Shown piece after piece: positions 13,150 to 26,863 of a stretch of 64,000 bases of DNA; the first letter of the stretch is position 1; each line of letters begins with the position of its first letter. The translations under genes were made by a program, and so were the position numbers. The stretch covers positions 310,001 through 374,000 of the forward strand of contig JAYWIR010000048.1 of NCBI GenBank assembly GCA_036172245.1, in the 5' to 3' direction. The stretch comes from Raillietiella orientalis (taxonomy: Eukaryota). Below the pieces are notes generated by a model that saw only the letters and a list, made by a program, of their open reading frames with translations, searched no databases and had not been told where the DNA came from.

Positions 13150-14790
13150 GGACCCACACACACACGCGTCCAGTGATGCCCGTTCCAGTTGGTGCGGCGA
13201 GGGCAGGGCGACCGGACTGGATCCGCCTGGGGACCCCCACGGATGGGTGCCTGAAGTACCTGAACGTTCCGTTGGGGGACTTCTGCGATGCAGAAGCACC
13301 CTGGTCCCAGGAGCTGTCTTCAGGAGGCAAAACAGGTGCTCGGTCCGTTTCAAGGAGGTAGGGGTCCCACTTGCCGGAACGGGTCGCGGTGGAGAACCCC
13401 CTCCTTCGCCCCTTGTTTTTTGTTTGTCCCCCACCAGGAAGCATAAATAGGAAAACGAAGAACCTCCTCGTGATGGCCCTTTGGAGCACAGAGAGGACCC
13501 GAGTCCGCGTGAAGGACTTGCGACGCGACGGTGGTCATGGCCTCCTGAAGCTGGAGCCAAAGGAGTTGAAGCTACAGTTTAGAATCCTCGCCCTAGGGAC
13601 GAAGTTTTAGAGCACCACCTGGTGCGAGCCTGCACATCTCCTCGTCCAGCAAGCCACCGGCAGCGTGGGACTCACGTCCTTTCTTGCGCGCCGTCGCCGT
13701 AACAGCTGGTCGCTACGCTGACCAGGACGAACAGCTGATCTCCTGCCGCCCCGCGAACGGTAGTGCCTGGTTACAGAAAACCGTTCGATCAACGAGGGGT
13801 TCCCCGTAACAGAAGCAGAGTGCCCTATACGGTTTATACAACTGCTCGCTCCGGGAGATCATCGAACATCCCGCAGAGTGCGTGGGCAGGAGGAACCTCC
13901 CTGAGGAAACACATGGGCAGCAGCCTTTCGGCTAGATGGGAGGTCCCCGTGGAAATCTTCACCTTAAAAAAAGAACTGCGGGAGTGAACGACGAACCAGC
14001 TCACGGACGCTGCGGCCCCGAGTGTCCCACCCCGAGGATTTCTGCGCTGGAGTGAGCTGCTGGATATTCCGCTGGAAGATCTACAGTGGCGCCCCCAGTG
14101 CCCCTCGCACCCTCCCTTTAAAGTGGCAGCAGCCGCCGTTGATGCTGCCCAACTGCGGTCTAACTGGCAGCGCCCGCAGGCATCACTGGACCTGGGTGTC
14201 TGTGGATCCGAACTGTGCCAAGTGCGGGGAACGTGAATTCCTCCCGCACCTGCTTGCGCATTGCGTTGCCCTACCACCATCGTGGGAGTGTTTCGCGACG
14301 ACCCTCCGTACCGCGAGTGACAACCTTAGGGGCTGACCCTTCTTCCTACGGGACGTCCTTCGGTCAGCAGCCTCGCCAGCAGCTCTCTCCTACCTAAGTG
14401 GGATTGTAGCGGCCTGAAGCGATGCAAGAGGAGGATGCGGCGACAGGGATGCCACATCCACTTTGCCGCCCGCTCCATGAGGATGGCAACAGGATGGCCC
14501 CAACTGAACAATATGCAGCAAGAACTTACCAGCATCCTCTAAAGGATGCCGAGGTACCTCACCCAGCAGAACGTGATCTCATCCTGTACCCTTCCAAGTT
14601 TGCGTATTTATTTTTAATTTTTTTTTGTTCGTCTCTTCCCTTCTGCGGCCGTGGCAGACCTCATCGGTCTGTGTACCGGCAAACCCGACAGCTTCCATTT
14701 GAAACGGACGTGGTTGGACCACGGGACCTACCACAAAATATGTAAATGATCATTTTTATCAAATAAACGCCCCGGCGCACCTGGGTGAAA
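13150..14790 (+). mobile_element. Non-LTR retrotransposon family A (L1/Tx1-like), 5'-truncated degenerate copy 2
   Basis: RT motif KYLNVPLGDFC, GGHGLL thumb motif, zinc knuckle CAKCGEREFLPHLLAHC, no recognisable RLE motif after it, terminal motif at 14761-14786. Multiple frameshifts. Confidence 0.75.
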
Positions 14791-17700
14791 AACCACCACC
14801 GATGGTGAATGGCCGGAGGGGGTTCGGCGCACCTGACGTGAGAGAGAGGACTCTTTCCTTCGAGCAGGTGCTCCTGCAAGAGGGATCGCGTCGGGAGGAA
14901 GGTGCTCGCCGGGAGGGAGGAAGAGAGGGAGGAGGAGGAAGAAAAGCGCCCCATTCCGTTGACGATTCCGGAAGCAGGGACTCCCCAGGCACGCGGGAAG
15001 GAAGAAGGAGGACTGCAAAGATGGCGGTCGCTCGGGGGGGGCGGGTCGCATTCGTGGCAGCGTATGCACCCACGCGGCGCCCGCCCGCAGCTGCACTCGG
15101 ATGCCGAAAGGAGGGAAACGAAGATCCCATGGGAACGCAGGTGGTCCGAGGGCTTCCGACTCCTTCCTCAGGAAGGCGCTCGAGAAGGTGGGAGAACAAA
15201 AGAACCGGGTCCTCGTGTCGCTTCCTCGCGGAAGCAGCCACCCGCGCAATTTGCCTCCTTCGCACCAGTCTGCCCGACGCGTGAGCAGAAGGATCGACCT
15301 TCCCCCCGCCGGCTGCCTCGGCGCATGCTGACGCCACGCCTCTCTTTGGTCACCGCGGAGAGACATAGCGGTGGTGCTCCTTGAAGATTGGGGGGTTGAG
15401 GGGGGAGCGGCAACACCTCCTACTTCATTTTTTTTTTTCTGCCAGGGGTCACGAGGGCACTGCAGACAGGGACACGAGGATGGACCCTTTCGCGCAGCCG
15501 AAAGGGTGGGAGGGCACATCCCTCGAATGGCGCTTCTCCCGGCTGGCAGTCTTTCCCCTCCCCCTTCCCTTTCCGGAGGATTCTCCCTTCCTGAAATCGG
15601 GAAGGCAGCGAACGCCTGCACCCAGGTCCTGCGCGCCGCCCGGGCTGTCGGAGGTCGCGCGGTTCCCTCGCTGACCACCCTTCCTCCTCCTCCTCCTCTT
15701 CCTTTGCTCCCCCTCCTGACTCGGATCCACCTCGGCTTCCCCTTCGCAGCCTCCGCAGCGGAACGACCCGCGGTCAGGAAGAAGACGCGGACCCCGCGGC
15801 GGCGGCAGCGACTCTAAGCAGCGAGGGGAGTTCCGTCCCCCCGGGCGCCCGTCCGCTGCCACCCTCGGGACCGCTCGTGCGAAACGGCGTCGGCGGACGG
15901 AGGGGCTCAGATAGCCTCGGGGCTTTCCTTCTCGGAAGAAGCGATGTATCCGCGAGGAGGGCCGGTCCGGACGCCGCATCACTGTTCCAAGGAGGGAACC
16001 CGCGCTGACCGACCCGGAGAGCTGCATTGCCCCCCCCCCCGTGACGCGAGGTGCGAAGACACCGGATGCCAGGAGCCTGGGAGTCCCGCTAGCCCACGCT
16101 TCTTGTTCAGAGCTAAGGGGAGGGACGGTCGTCGTGCTCTCCGGCGGCCATCCTCTCTTTCGAGTCTGTCCTCTGGAGGCAGGCTTTCCTTTCTTCCCCA
16201 TTCCCCCTCCTTCGGACCTCTCAAGTTTTCTCCGGGAGCCCCGACGGGGCACAAAGAAGGACGAGGTGGTGAGAGCGGGAGTGGAAGCTGGATCGAGGGC
16301 AGCGCGCCCGCCCGCCCACCCCTCTCGCGCTGCCGCCTGGGCCGCGGACACGCGCTGTGTCAGGTCGGCGGATCCGCGCGCGCCTCGCCGACTCACTGCC
16401 CCGCCGAGCGATGACCGACGGCGGCGTTCCGTTAGGGGAGCGGCTAGCTGGAAGGACGCGCGCACCCTCCTTTCTGTCGGCCCGCAAGGGCACCGGAGAT
16501 GCGGGTTCCGGGAGCGGAACTGGGGCAAGGGCACCTCCCGGGTGGTACGACACCGGACGGGTCCTCTTCCTTCCCGCAACTCGTCTCCCTCTCGCCCCTT
16601 TTTTTTCCCTCCTGAACTCGACTCTCGAAGACAGGAGCTTGGGGGGGAGCACGCTCGGAGGGTTGGGGGGGGGGGAAGGTGAAGAGGGAGGACGATTGGG
16701 AGGCTGCGGCGATGGTTGCGGACGGGCAGGACGAGGGTGAACAGGATCGAGGGATGTGGAGAAGAGGGGGGGGGGGGGGGGCAGAAGGGAGACCTCAGGT
16801 TCCGGGGACAGGAGGGAGGTGAATTCCCCCTCGGGAGAGGAGGAGGAAGAAGGGGGGGGAGGGAGCAAGAGGTAAAGCGGTTTCCTCACTTCCCGCTTAC
16901 TCGCTCCCCCCGTCTTCCGCGCGCTCGGCTCCCTCCAGCCGCGCGCCTGTTCGGAGACGGGGAGCTCCCGACCTTTCGGGAACCGAAAAGGAACAGGGGG
17001 ATCGTTCGATCGCGAGTGCGGCGTCAGATGAAGCCGAGACGGCCGCAGGGGACTCTCAGAGGTGGTGGGCCAGAGAGGACCTCCTGGAAAGCGCGCGCGC
17101 GCGCAGCGGCGACAGGGAAGAGCACCGGAAAGGGAGGAGGGAGGGGTAGGGGGGAGATCAAACCTTGCTGGGTGGTTGCCAGCCAGGGACGACCGAAGGC
17201 GTCGCCCGCCGCTGAGGTCCCCCATAGCCCCGCAGTGCGCCGGACAGAAGCATAAGGCGCGAGGATCCCGCGCGATCCGCGCCTCGGCGCTCGGGATGGC
17301 GGGGGCCGCGGGGACTTCCACGCACGTGACCTGGTGGAGGGGGGGGGGGAGGGAGGGGCGCGCACGCGCAGTTCGGGAGTCAGAAGGATAGAAAAGGCAG
17401 CAGCAAACCACTCGCCTTTACGGGGAAGCAGGGAGAGGTCGGGCTCTGTCGGGCACTTGAGGAAAGGAGGAGGGGGGAGGGAAGAGCTATGCCACCCTCC
17501 CCCTCCCTCTTGGTTCCTGCGGAAGCGGGGGGTCGGCCTGTGTCGCCATTGAAAACGCGGGGAAGGAGGAAGGGAGCGAAGGTGGACACGAGCAAGGCGT
17601 GGGCGCAGTCCGCCTTACTCGCTATGAGGGGGAAGGAAAAGGACGAACTCGGGAACGCCTTTTCTTCTCGAGAGGGAAGGCAAGCAGTTCCCCGTTTGTT

Positions 17701-19948
17701 CCTGCTCCCTGCCTCTTCCCCCCCCTCCGGTTCCCGCGGGACACGGCAGGTGCACCCCCTCTTTCCACTGATCCTCCGCCGCTGCCCTCCTTCCCTTTCT
17801 CGAGGGGGAGCGAGCGGGAGAGCTCGCAAGGGGCGACGAAGGAGCCCCGCGCATCGCCGCAGGGACCCGCGAGGAGCGAAGAAGCAAAAAAACAAAAAGT
17901 GCAGCATCCGGGGTGACGACCCCTGGTCCGTTCTCGGACGACCGTTCCGAGGGGGACGACGCGCGCAGGGGCAAAGGAGCGCAAAAAAAAAAAAAAAAAA
18001 AAATGAAAGCCTCGAGGGGTTCCTTCCCTCCCCCCACCCCCTCCTTCCCGGAGCGCGCGCACGCGCACTTCCGCAGCGACGAGAGGTAGGAGGAGGGGGA
18101 AGGAGCAGCCGCCCGGAACCTCCCCCTCCTTCCCTCCCAGTTCCTTGGATACGCGGCCGTTTCCCAGGCTCGGGCGACGAGCTCTCCCTCGACGACGGTG
18201 GCCTCCAACGTCTCCCAGAAGGAGGGGGAGGGGCGTTCACCGCCTCTTTCCCCCTCCCCTCCTTCCTTTTCTCCGCTCCTCCACCCCTCCTCGAGTCCGG
18301 AGCTTTACAGACAGGAAGAGCAGGGGGGAAAAGCTCGAAGGGAACGATCGGCAACGTTACGCCTCCGCCACGGCTGCCACCAGCGAGCGGGCGAGCGCAG
18401 CGCGGTCGCTGGGGTGGACGCGCGAGCGTGCAGGATTCCCACACGCGGACGGGCGAGGGAAAAGGGGGGAGAGGGGGAGAAGGGGAGAGAAGGAAGGAAC
18501 CGGCGACCCCTAGCCGCTCCGTCAGCCAGCCAATGCCCTGACGCGTTTTGCGCATGGGGAGCTGACGTAAAGGCGCACGCACGCTTCCGGCAGCTCTTCC
18601 CAGCAGCAGCAGCAGCAGCAGCAGCGTCTTCCCCTCCCTCCCTCCCCCCCCCGGATCGGAACGCGAATTTTCGCACGCCCGATGGTTGCCCGCGCCCGCC
18701 CTGCGGGCGCATACGTCCCCCTCCCCCTCCTTCCTTCTTCCTCCCCCCCCCCTCCTTTCGCGCCCGCAAGCGAAAAACCGTCACGGCCATCTGTGGCTTC
18801 TTGGGCGCAGGTGCTCGTAACCCGGAGCACCCACTTCAACCCGTGCCCTCGTCGCCACTTCCCCCCCCCCCTGCCTCCTCGCAGTTTTTCTTACTTCAGT
18901 CCCCTGCCTTCAGGTCGCCAAGTGCGCCATAGTTCATCAAAAACGAAACATAACTGCCGTCGCTACCACCACCACCACCACCATTACTATGACTACCGAT
19001 ATAATAATAATATAACGTTTCCTTCTGCCACTTGAGGGGGAGTCAGAAAGCCGCCGTTTTTCCCATTCGCCCTTTCCGCCTTCGCAGGTTCGCTATTATC
19101 AACACGCCCATCTTTCCAGAGATCCGATTTATTACGCTTTCCCCGGGATAGGGGGCACCCTATCTTCATGCTGACGCGCTTTCCGTCTTCGGCGCGCGCT
19201 TTCATTCCACGCCGGGCGCGTAGACGCGAAAGGGAAAAACAAAACAAAAACAAAACGAACGAGATGAACGCAGCTTCTTCGCTGCTGCTCTGCCAGCGCC
19301 GAGCACACGACGACGCGAATCGAAAAACGCCTTCCCGGGATGCCGCGGCGCGTTGCCATGCAGCTCACCACGTAATTCGCGCGAGTGCCTTCTTCGCAGG
19401 AAGGGAGGGGGGGGGGGGGACTCCGGTCGCGTCGTCGCGGCGGCAACGGGGGGAAACCGACCCCCCCCCCCTCCCCCATTCTCCAGGAAGGAAACCGCAG
19501 ATCGGAAGCTGAATTCGAGGCGGGCCGCGTGTACCCCCTTCCCCCCCCTCCCGCGAGAGTGCGTATCCGCTTCCGCATGGACCGCCGCAACCCGCGCAGA
19601 GAGGGACGGATCCGAGCGACCGGGCACCGGGATGGGAAAGCCCAGGTGGACAGAAGCGTGGCGGCGATACGCGGGCGCGCCCGCGTAGCCACGGCGGCAT
19701 GTCCTTACCACACGCTTGCAGCACACAGTGGTCCGCACGTCGGCCGTACCCACGGCCGGAATCGTCAAGGAAACCGAGGAAAACGTTCGCCGACGGGCAG
19801 CAAGCGAGGCAGCGCTGCTTCCTCCTCGGGGATGACCACCTTTCGCGCGCAAGCACGGCGCCACTCGCCGGTCGTGTTCCTTGCGAGGGACGCCGGAAGC
19901 GGAGTGCGTCTGCGACCATGGCACGCGCATTCTCTCTGCCTTTTGTCC

Positions 19949-19981
<33 letters not shown>

Positions 19982-20458
19982 ATTTGTATTTCGTGAGGGC
20001 TGAACAGCTTCACTGAACGCGCAAGCAGCGCCAGAGGGTGTCTTTCCTCCTCTTCTTCTTCGGATCCGCGGACGATGCGACACTTCCGTTCAGCTCGGGT
20101 CCGAGTGACAAACGGTGGCTCCAACGGCATCTTCCCGAGGAAGGTGCGCGGTGGCTGCGCGGTCGAACGCGCCTGCGAAGCGCAGTCCACGTGGACTTTA
20201 CGGAAACCGAGGATTCCAAGTGGAGGCTGCGGTGCTCCCGCGATCGCTCGAAAGCGAACGTCTTCTCCGACGCTGATGGCATAACTTTTTCCTTCTTTTT
20301 TTTTTTCCTTTTTTTTTATTTACCCAATGCGTTGACCCTGCGCTCAGCAGCATTCCTCTTCGGTTTCCTGCGCTGCAGCTCCTTCAGCCGCAACTCTCCT
20401 GCTGCGGTCACATTCCGGTTCCGCTTTCTGGGGCCGCTGCTTTCAATCTATCTATTAA

Positions 20459-20492
<34 letters not shown>

Positions 20493-21989
20493 GTAATGTT
20501 CAAGAAATCCCACCTCTACCGTTCGCTCGCTCGCCCGCGTTGCGCGCGGGACCACTCTTGGAAGCTGTGCAGCAGCAACAGGCGGCAGAAGCCACTGCGA
20601 TCTTCAGGTATTCGTCAGTCCGCTTTTTTGCGAGCGCCCGGGACGCACGGAGTTGATTTGACCGACAGGGCGACTGACTTCGGGAGGGGGAAAAAAAAAA
20701 ATAATGGTCAGCCGTGTCCTGAAAGCACCCTCTCCCCCCCCTTCCTCCTCCCAAATAAGTTTTCTCTTTTTTTTCCCCCTTCTTACTCAGCCGGCCCTAT
20801 ATTTCATGGCGCATCCGCGTACTTCGCATCACACGTGATCGTCCCAGAAGGATTGGTACGGATGCCGCGGGAGATTCGTTTGCCGGAGCCAACATCAACA
20901 TGGGGCGGGCAGCAACGACAACAGCCGGAGTTGCCCGGTTCTGAAAGGAAGGAACGGCCGTGCCAAGGACCCCCTGTCCCCTGCCCTCCGTATCTTTATC
21001 CTTATTTTTTTTTTTTTTTTATATTGGGGTATTCGTGGTCCCCTCCCCCCCGTTCCGGCGCACCCGGGTGATGAAGAACCGGAGTTGCTGAGGGAACAAC
21101 GCGGTTTCCATCGGTCGTTCCGCGGACTCCCTTCTTGCTTGTGAAATGGGGGGGGGAGAACTCCGGCAGCATCCTCCCGACCGGAACTGCTCTGCTGGGC
21201 TCGGGTGCAACGCCATGTTGTCAAATGCGGAGAGGAGTGATTGAGTGGCACAGATCGAGTAGGAGAACCAGAAAAGCGACTTTCCTGAGGAGCGGATTAC
21301 GTGTTCGCCACTTTTTTCCTTCGTGTTTGCTTCTTTTCGACACGAAAATCGCTCAGCACGTCGATTCCCGACGGCTCCATCTGCGCCGAGCACCGCGTCC
21401 CAGCGAGCAGTGATGGCTCCGACGCGTCCTTCTCGCGCATCCCAAACGCCAACGGGCGGATGACTTTTCCTTTCTTCCTTCGGCTGCGTACATCACAAAC
21501 GTGCAGCGAAGAATACTTTTGATGAATCGCGAATTGCATTGGCTGTGAATTTAAGCTCCTCGCATAGAAAGAACGAAGGGGGGAAGGGAGGGGAGGAAAA
21601 GGCTTGGAGGAAAGATTCGTTCCCTGCCTATTTTCTCGTGATCCAATTTGGGAGCTCCCAAGTTTTTGCTTCTTCGCGAGCGGTCACCCCCCATTCCGTT
21701 GTTTCGAAGTTTTCCCATTTCGCTGTTCCGGTGGGAACTCTTAAGCGGAAGTTTGCGATGCGTCCAAATGATTTGGCAACACGGAAAGTTCTGGGAAAGC
21801 TGCTCCATGGCAACCTTCTGCCTGTTTTAAGTTCCCTTTCAGTTTGATTTCTAATTAGGTAAAAAACAAACGGCACTTTGGACTTCCAATAGAATACGCG
21901 CAAAGGTCTTCCCGCCCTGCGATCGTTCGTGATTTTTGGATAGGGAAGGAGTGGACAGGGGAAAAGCGTATTGGCGTCGTCTCGCCTTT

Positions 21990-22677
21990 GCCAAGTACTT
22001 GTACGGTGTGCCCGTACAACAAATTCCATCTCTCAGGGAAACAGCGCCCGTGCATTCTTCCCGGTTTCGTCCCCCCCCCCGAACGCAAAGGTTGCTGCGC
22101 ACCTCATCCGAAGGACCCACTGACTGAAAGTGCCACTCCTTGGATTCGTGTACAACGTGTGTGCAAATACTTGCACGGTGTGCCCGTACAACAAATTCCA
22201 TCTCTCAGGGAAACAGCGCCCGTGCATTCTTCCCGGTTTCGTCCCCCCCCCCGAACGCAAAGGTTGCTGCGCACCTCAGCCGAAGGACCCACTGACTGAA
22301 AGTGCCACTCCTTGGATTCGTGTACAACGTGTGTGCAAATACTTGCACGGTGTGCCCGTACAACAAATTCCATCTCTCAGGGAAACAGCGCCCGTGCATT
22401 CTTCCCGGTTTCGTGCCCCCCCCCGAACGCAAAGGTTGCTGCGCACCTCAGCCGAAGGATCCACTGACTGAAAGTGCCACTCCTTGGATTCGTGTACAAC
22501 GTGTGTGCAAATACTTGCACGGTGTGCCCGTACAACAAATTCCATCTCTCAGGGAAACAGCGCCCGTGCATTCTTCCCGGTTTCGTCCCCCCCCCGAACG
22601 CAAAGGTTGCTGCGCACCTCAGCCGAAGGATCCACTGACTGAAAGTGCCACTCCTTGGATTCGTGTACAACGTGTGT
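21990..22677. repeat. Tandem array, 4 x 172 bp, near-identical
   Basis: Unit start tacttg(c/t)acggtgtgcccgtacaacaaattcc recurs at 21996, 22168, 22340 and 22512 with only a few substitutions and one C-run length change. Confidence 0.98.
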
Positions 22678-25600
22678 ACGCGCGCGCGTCTTTTCCGCAA
22701 TACGTGGCGCGATACAGCAATGTTCAGACGGCGACGAGAGCACCCAACGCAGCGTAGGTGCTCCACCGCCAACTTGGTACGAACCCCCCCCGGGACCCCG
22801 TTCGTTTTACGAAAGATATTCCTTCTCCTGCAGCTTCTGTTGGGAGAGAGCTTTCCTCTGTACGATCGTTTCCTTGTCCTAGCCGGGGAGCCTGCGTCCC
22901 AGGCCACTTCACACCGTATCCCTGGAGGTGCTGCCGCGACCCCGCGGGACTCTCCAGCTGCCCGTCGACGAGCGAAAGGGTGGAGAAGCCCTTCTTCTGC
23001 TCGCTGTTCGAATGGCCACGCCGTTTTCGAAACGCCCGGTGGCCGCCGCTGTTTCCACCCGACCGTTCCTCGTTGCGCAAGCCCTACTTCCTGGATCGCG
23101 TGTCGCTCCCCCCCTCCCCTTTACAGGTTTCCCGTGTTTTCATCAACGTACGTAAACGGGAAGGAAGGACTCGGGCGCTCGGCCCGACACAAATCCCATT
23201 TTACACATGCGCCTAAAGGGGGACCGAGCACTGCCGACGATGGGAAGCGTGGCTTCCAGGTTTTCCCTTATTCGGCCGAGTTCCCGGAAAAGAATTCCGT
23301 GTGTGTCCCGGTCAGGGGAACGAAGTGCGTCCGAATTCGGACGCGGAGATGTGAGTTTCTTGCAGATGTGTTTTTCCCGAAAATGTGATTTCTGAAATGC
23401 AATGCCATCTCGAAAATGCTTTTTTTCACAGCGACGAAAAGTCTAACGGCTTCTCGTCCATTAGAGCTGATTTGGTCGAAAGTATCGGTCCAGGTGACAT
23501 GCCGCTGCGTTTAATGCAAGAGTGCATCTGCTCGGTCTGAGCAGCCTTCCCCCCCCCCCCCCCACGTCCCCCCTCTTTCTTCTCTCCTACCTCCGCGGAT
23601 GTGGGAAGGAGGACCGGAAACAACGAGCAAACGGTTTGTGAACGCTGCCGTTTCTGTGATCTTCCGGCGTCGCAGTCCCCCCGTGAGCTCTTCGTCCCTT
23701 ATTCGGCTGCCCCTTCGGGGGGGGGGGCAGCTGGCTTTCGAAACGCTTCGGTCGACCGCGGTCCTCGGACGGCGAGGTTGCTCGGCAACCTGAGCAACGT
23801 GACCTGCCCTCTCCGCCGTTTTCGCCAGCACCTGTCTGCTGCTGCTCTCATCCGTAGCGATCTGCTTCGCTCCTCTTCTCCTGGCGCGCTTCTTCTTCCC
23901 GGCGATGCTGCTGCTGCTGCCGCCCTCGGTGGGCTGCGGGACGGTCAGCGTTCCCTCCTGGTCGCAGATCACGCTGAAGCCGAATCGATTATTTTATTAC
24001 CGATATGATTTGTTGGCTTCATCGTCCGCGCTGCTCGCGAGGCGGCGCGGGGAAGACTCGAGGACGTTTGCGTGGGTTTCGCCCTCGTCCATTTAGGGAA
24101 CCGTGAGGGGGCTCTCGCCGAGGTCCTCTTCCGAAACGACGAAGGAGTCTGGGGAGTTGCTCTTCTCTAATCGGAAAGACCGAAAAGAGACGGGAGGGGG
24201 GGGGGGATGAAGAGAGAGAGAGAGAGAGAGAGAGAGCCACGAAACTGACAGGTGCACGCTGATTACCAGAGGAAATCTTACTGACTCTACCTGGCATGAT
24301 ATAAAGTGACCCTTAACGCTGACCTGTACCAGCTACTTCCTTGCTGGCGGCTAGACACCGGCAAGAGATTGGACAAAAGGACAAGTGGCGAAGGCTGCTA
24401 CTCGTATCGGAGCATTCCGGAACAATGGAAAGAAAAGAATTCGCTTGAGGCAGACAAAAGAGCGAAAAAGGGATTACGGTCAGATTCACAAAAGCGATTC
24501 CTCGACCTCCCTCTTTCGCGAGCGAGGACCAAGCAAGCGCTTCACGGAGACGCTTGCCGTAATGAACCCTAATGGGGCACGGAACTTCCCGTGGTTGCCT
24601 GGCGTCGGATGCGGTGGCGGAGAGCGTCGCGCATCTTTGTAACAATTTCCTTGGGAACCTTTTTTTTTCTTTTTCCTTTTTCCTTTTTTTTTTTTTTTTC
24701 CTTTTTTTCCTTTCTTTTCGAGGATTTTCCGCGCATCCACCGCCGCTCTACGACAGATGTGCGCTTTTTTTTTTTTTTCCTTCTTCTTCTTCTTCTCTCG
24801 TTTCCGCCCCCTCCTCCCCATCTCCCCCTCCCCACCCTTCCAACATGTGTGCCACAGAGCTACCAAAGCCATGTGTGAGGAATCGGATACCCGACGAGAA
24901 TCTCACTTTTCGCATTTTTTTTTTTTTTTTTTTTTCCATTTTTCTTTTCGCTCCTCCTCGTACGATTCTTACTTTCTTCGATTGCACTCGTTTTCCACCA
25001 CACGTTGCCATGCCGACGGGAGGATTGCATTCGGAACTGAAACGCGATCCCTTCTGCTTATCTTGCAAGAATGACAGGACTTTTAAAATTGAATTTCGGT
25101 CTCGGGACCATTAACAGAGAGAAGCATCTCGTGTTTTTATTTTCTGGGGGCACGTAGGGAGATCGCCTGGTTGCAGCGCGTCGCCTGGAGGCGACTTGAA
25201 CGACGAGGCCGGGGGCCCGTGACGATAGGGTACGTATCCCGGCGCGCGCGGCACGCAAAGCACTGGCAGCAGCGCAGGCGCCTGAAGGCTCGCTCGCTCG
25301 CGCATGCGCGCGCGCGGAAGCAGGGGAAGGGGGGAGGGAGCGCAGCGCGCGCGCGCGCGCGCGCGCCCTGCGAGCAGAGAACGCGCTCTCCGGCGAGCGC
25401 GAAGAGCGCTCGGGCAGCAGCGGCATACGCCGGCGGGATCGCCTTGCCGGGAAGCGAACCGAGGGCAGGGGGCGAGGACCACGCGAGCGCCCCCCCCCGC
25501 CCGGCCGCCTTTCTTTTCGGAGGCCCGCGGGTGATGGCTCGGCTCCCGCCGTCCGAAAGCCGGGATTCGCGTCCGTAGGGCGGGGCGCCTACTCCGCAGT

Positions 25601-26863
25601 CGCCGCCGCGTTCCCGGTCCCGCGGTCCGGGAGCGAGTCGCTCGCAGGCGGGGGGGCTCGAGACCCGCTCATCTGGTTCACACGTTCGCGTGTCTTACGT
25701 GATCGTTACGTGCACGTGCACACTTGCAGGAGAGCAGTCACCATTAATCACCCGTGTGTGTTCTGACGAGGAAGGGAGGCAGCGCCGTGCACGGAGGTGC
25801 CGCGGAGCCGCGAAAGTGTTGCGTCGCCGGGAGGGCGGGAGTCGTGGGAAAGCGGAAGTGAGGCGGCGTGATCCTCGCGCGCGCGCACGGTACGCAACAC
25901 GCAGGCGCTTGCGAGATATCCCGGGTTCGGCCCCGGCGGCGGGACTCCCTGAAGCGGCAGGGAAGTCGCCTCTGCTCTGCGAGCCTCGCGCGTGGAGTCG
26001 CCGAGTGCATCGGATCGTCGGGAGGGGGGGGGTCCCCCCCCCCCCTCACGAGCGGGGAGCCGGGGGCGCCGGCGAGCAGGCATGGAAGAAGACGACCGAG
26101 ATGCGGGCGGGCAACCTCCGCGATGGCCGGGACGACCCTGCGAAGCGCTCCGCGCGCGGATCGGAAAAGGCGGACAGGCCGGCGGCGGCTCCGCTGCCGC
26201 GCTTTTGGTTCGCGCGCGTCCTCGTAGATGTCGCCCGTCCTCGGTCGCTTTCGAGAGCCGAAGGAGAGAATTCCGGGGCACACATCAACAAGTTCCCGTT
26301 CCTTCGTGCGGGAGCAGCCCTTCTCCCCGGCTTGCGCAAGGGCCCCCGGTGCGGCGCGCAGGAATTCCAGGCGCCTCGGCAGCGACGCGCGCGGGGGAAG
26401 AGGAGGAGGAGGGAGGGAGAGAGAGAGGGAGGAGGAGGCAAAGCAGAAACGCGGCCGGGCATCCTTCGGAAGGGGTTTCGGTTTTCAGAGCTGGGGCGAG
26501 GGAGGGGCTGGCGGGACCGCATAGCCACGGGCGTAGAAACGCAGTAAAGGACGCGCGCGGGTCTTTTTTCAACGGCGTGACTAAAGGAGAGAGGGCGAGG
26601 CGCGCGAACGTGGGAGCGGCGGAGCTGGAGTCGGGCGAGGCCCCCTCATTCTTCGCGGGGGGGGGGGAGGGGGAAGGAGGCATTGCGCCTCAGGGACGTC
26701 CAGCCGTTCTTGGGAAGATGCGATCTGGTCACCAGCGACGCCGGCAGGGAGGGGGGAGGAACGGAAAGCCTCCCACGTTCGCAGCGTACTCGGAAGGGCG
26801 CTCCCCGTCGACGCGCCTCGGGGGAAAAGGGGAAGGAGGGCAGGGGAACCTGGAAGTAGGGGA

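Noticed and set aside
6400..19900. Long ORFs of 300-536 aa (e.g. 7459-9069, 6588-7757, 17380-18582)
   Set aside because: They overlap in several frames, are Arg/Gly/Pro/Ala-rich, run through homopolymers and show no domain motifs; expected from stop-codon scarcity at very high GC.
21990..22677. 172-bp array as a CRISPR array or hammerhead retrozyme
   Set aside because: There are no unique spacers, and no CUGANGA...GAAA core with flanking stems on either strand.
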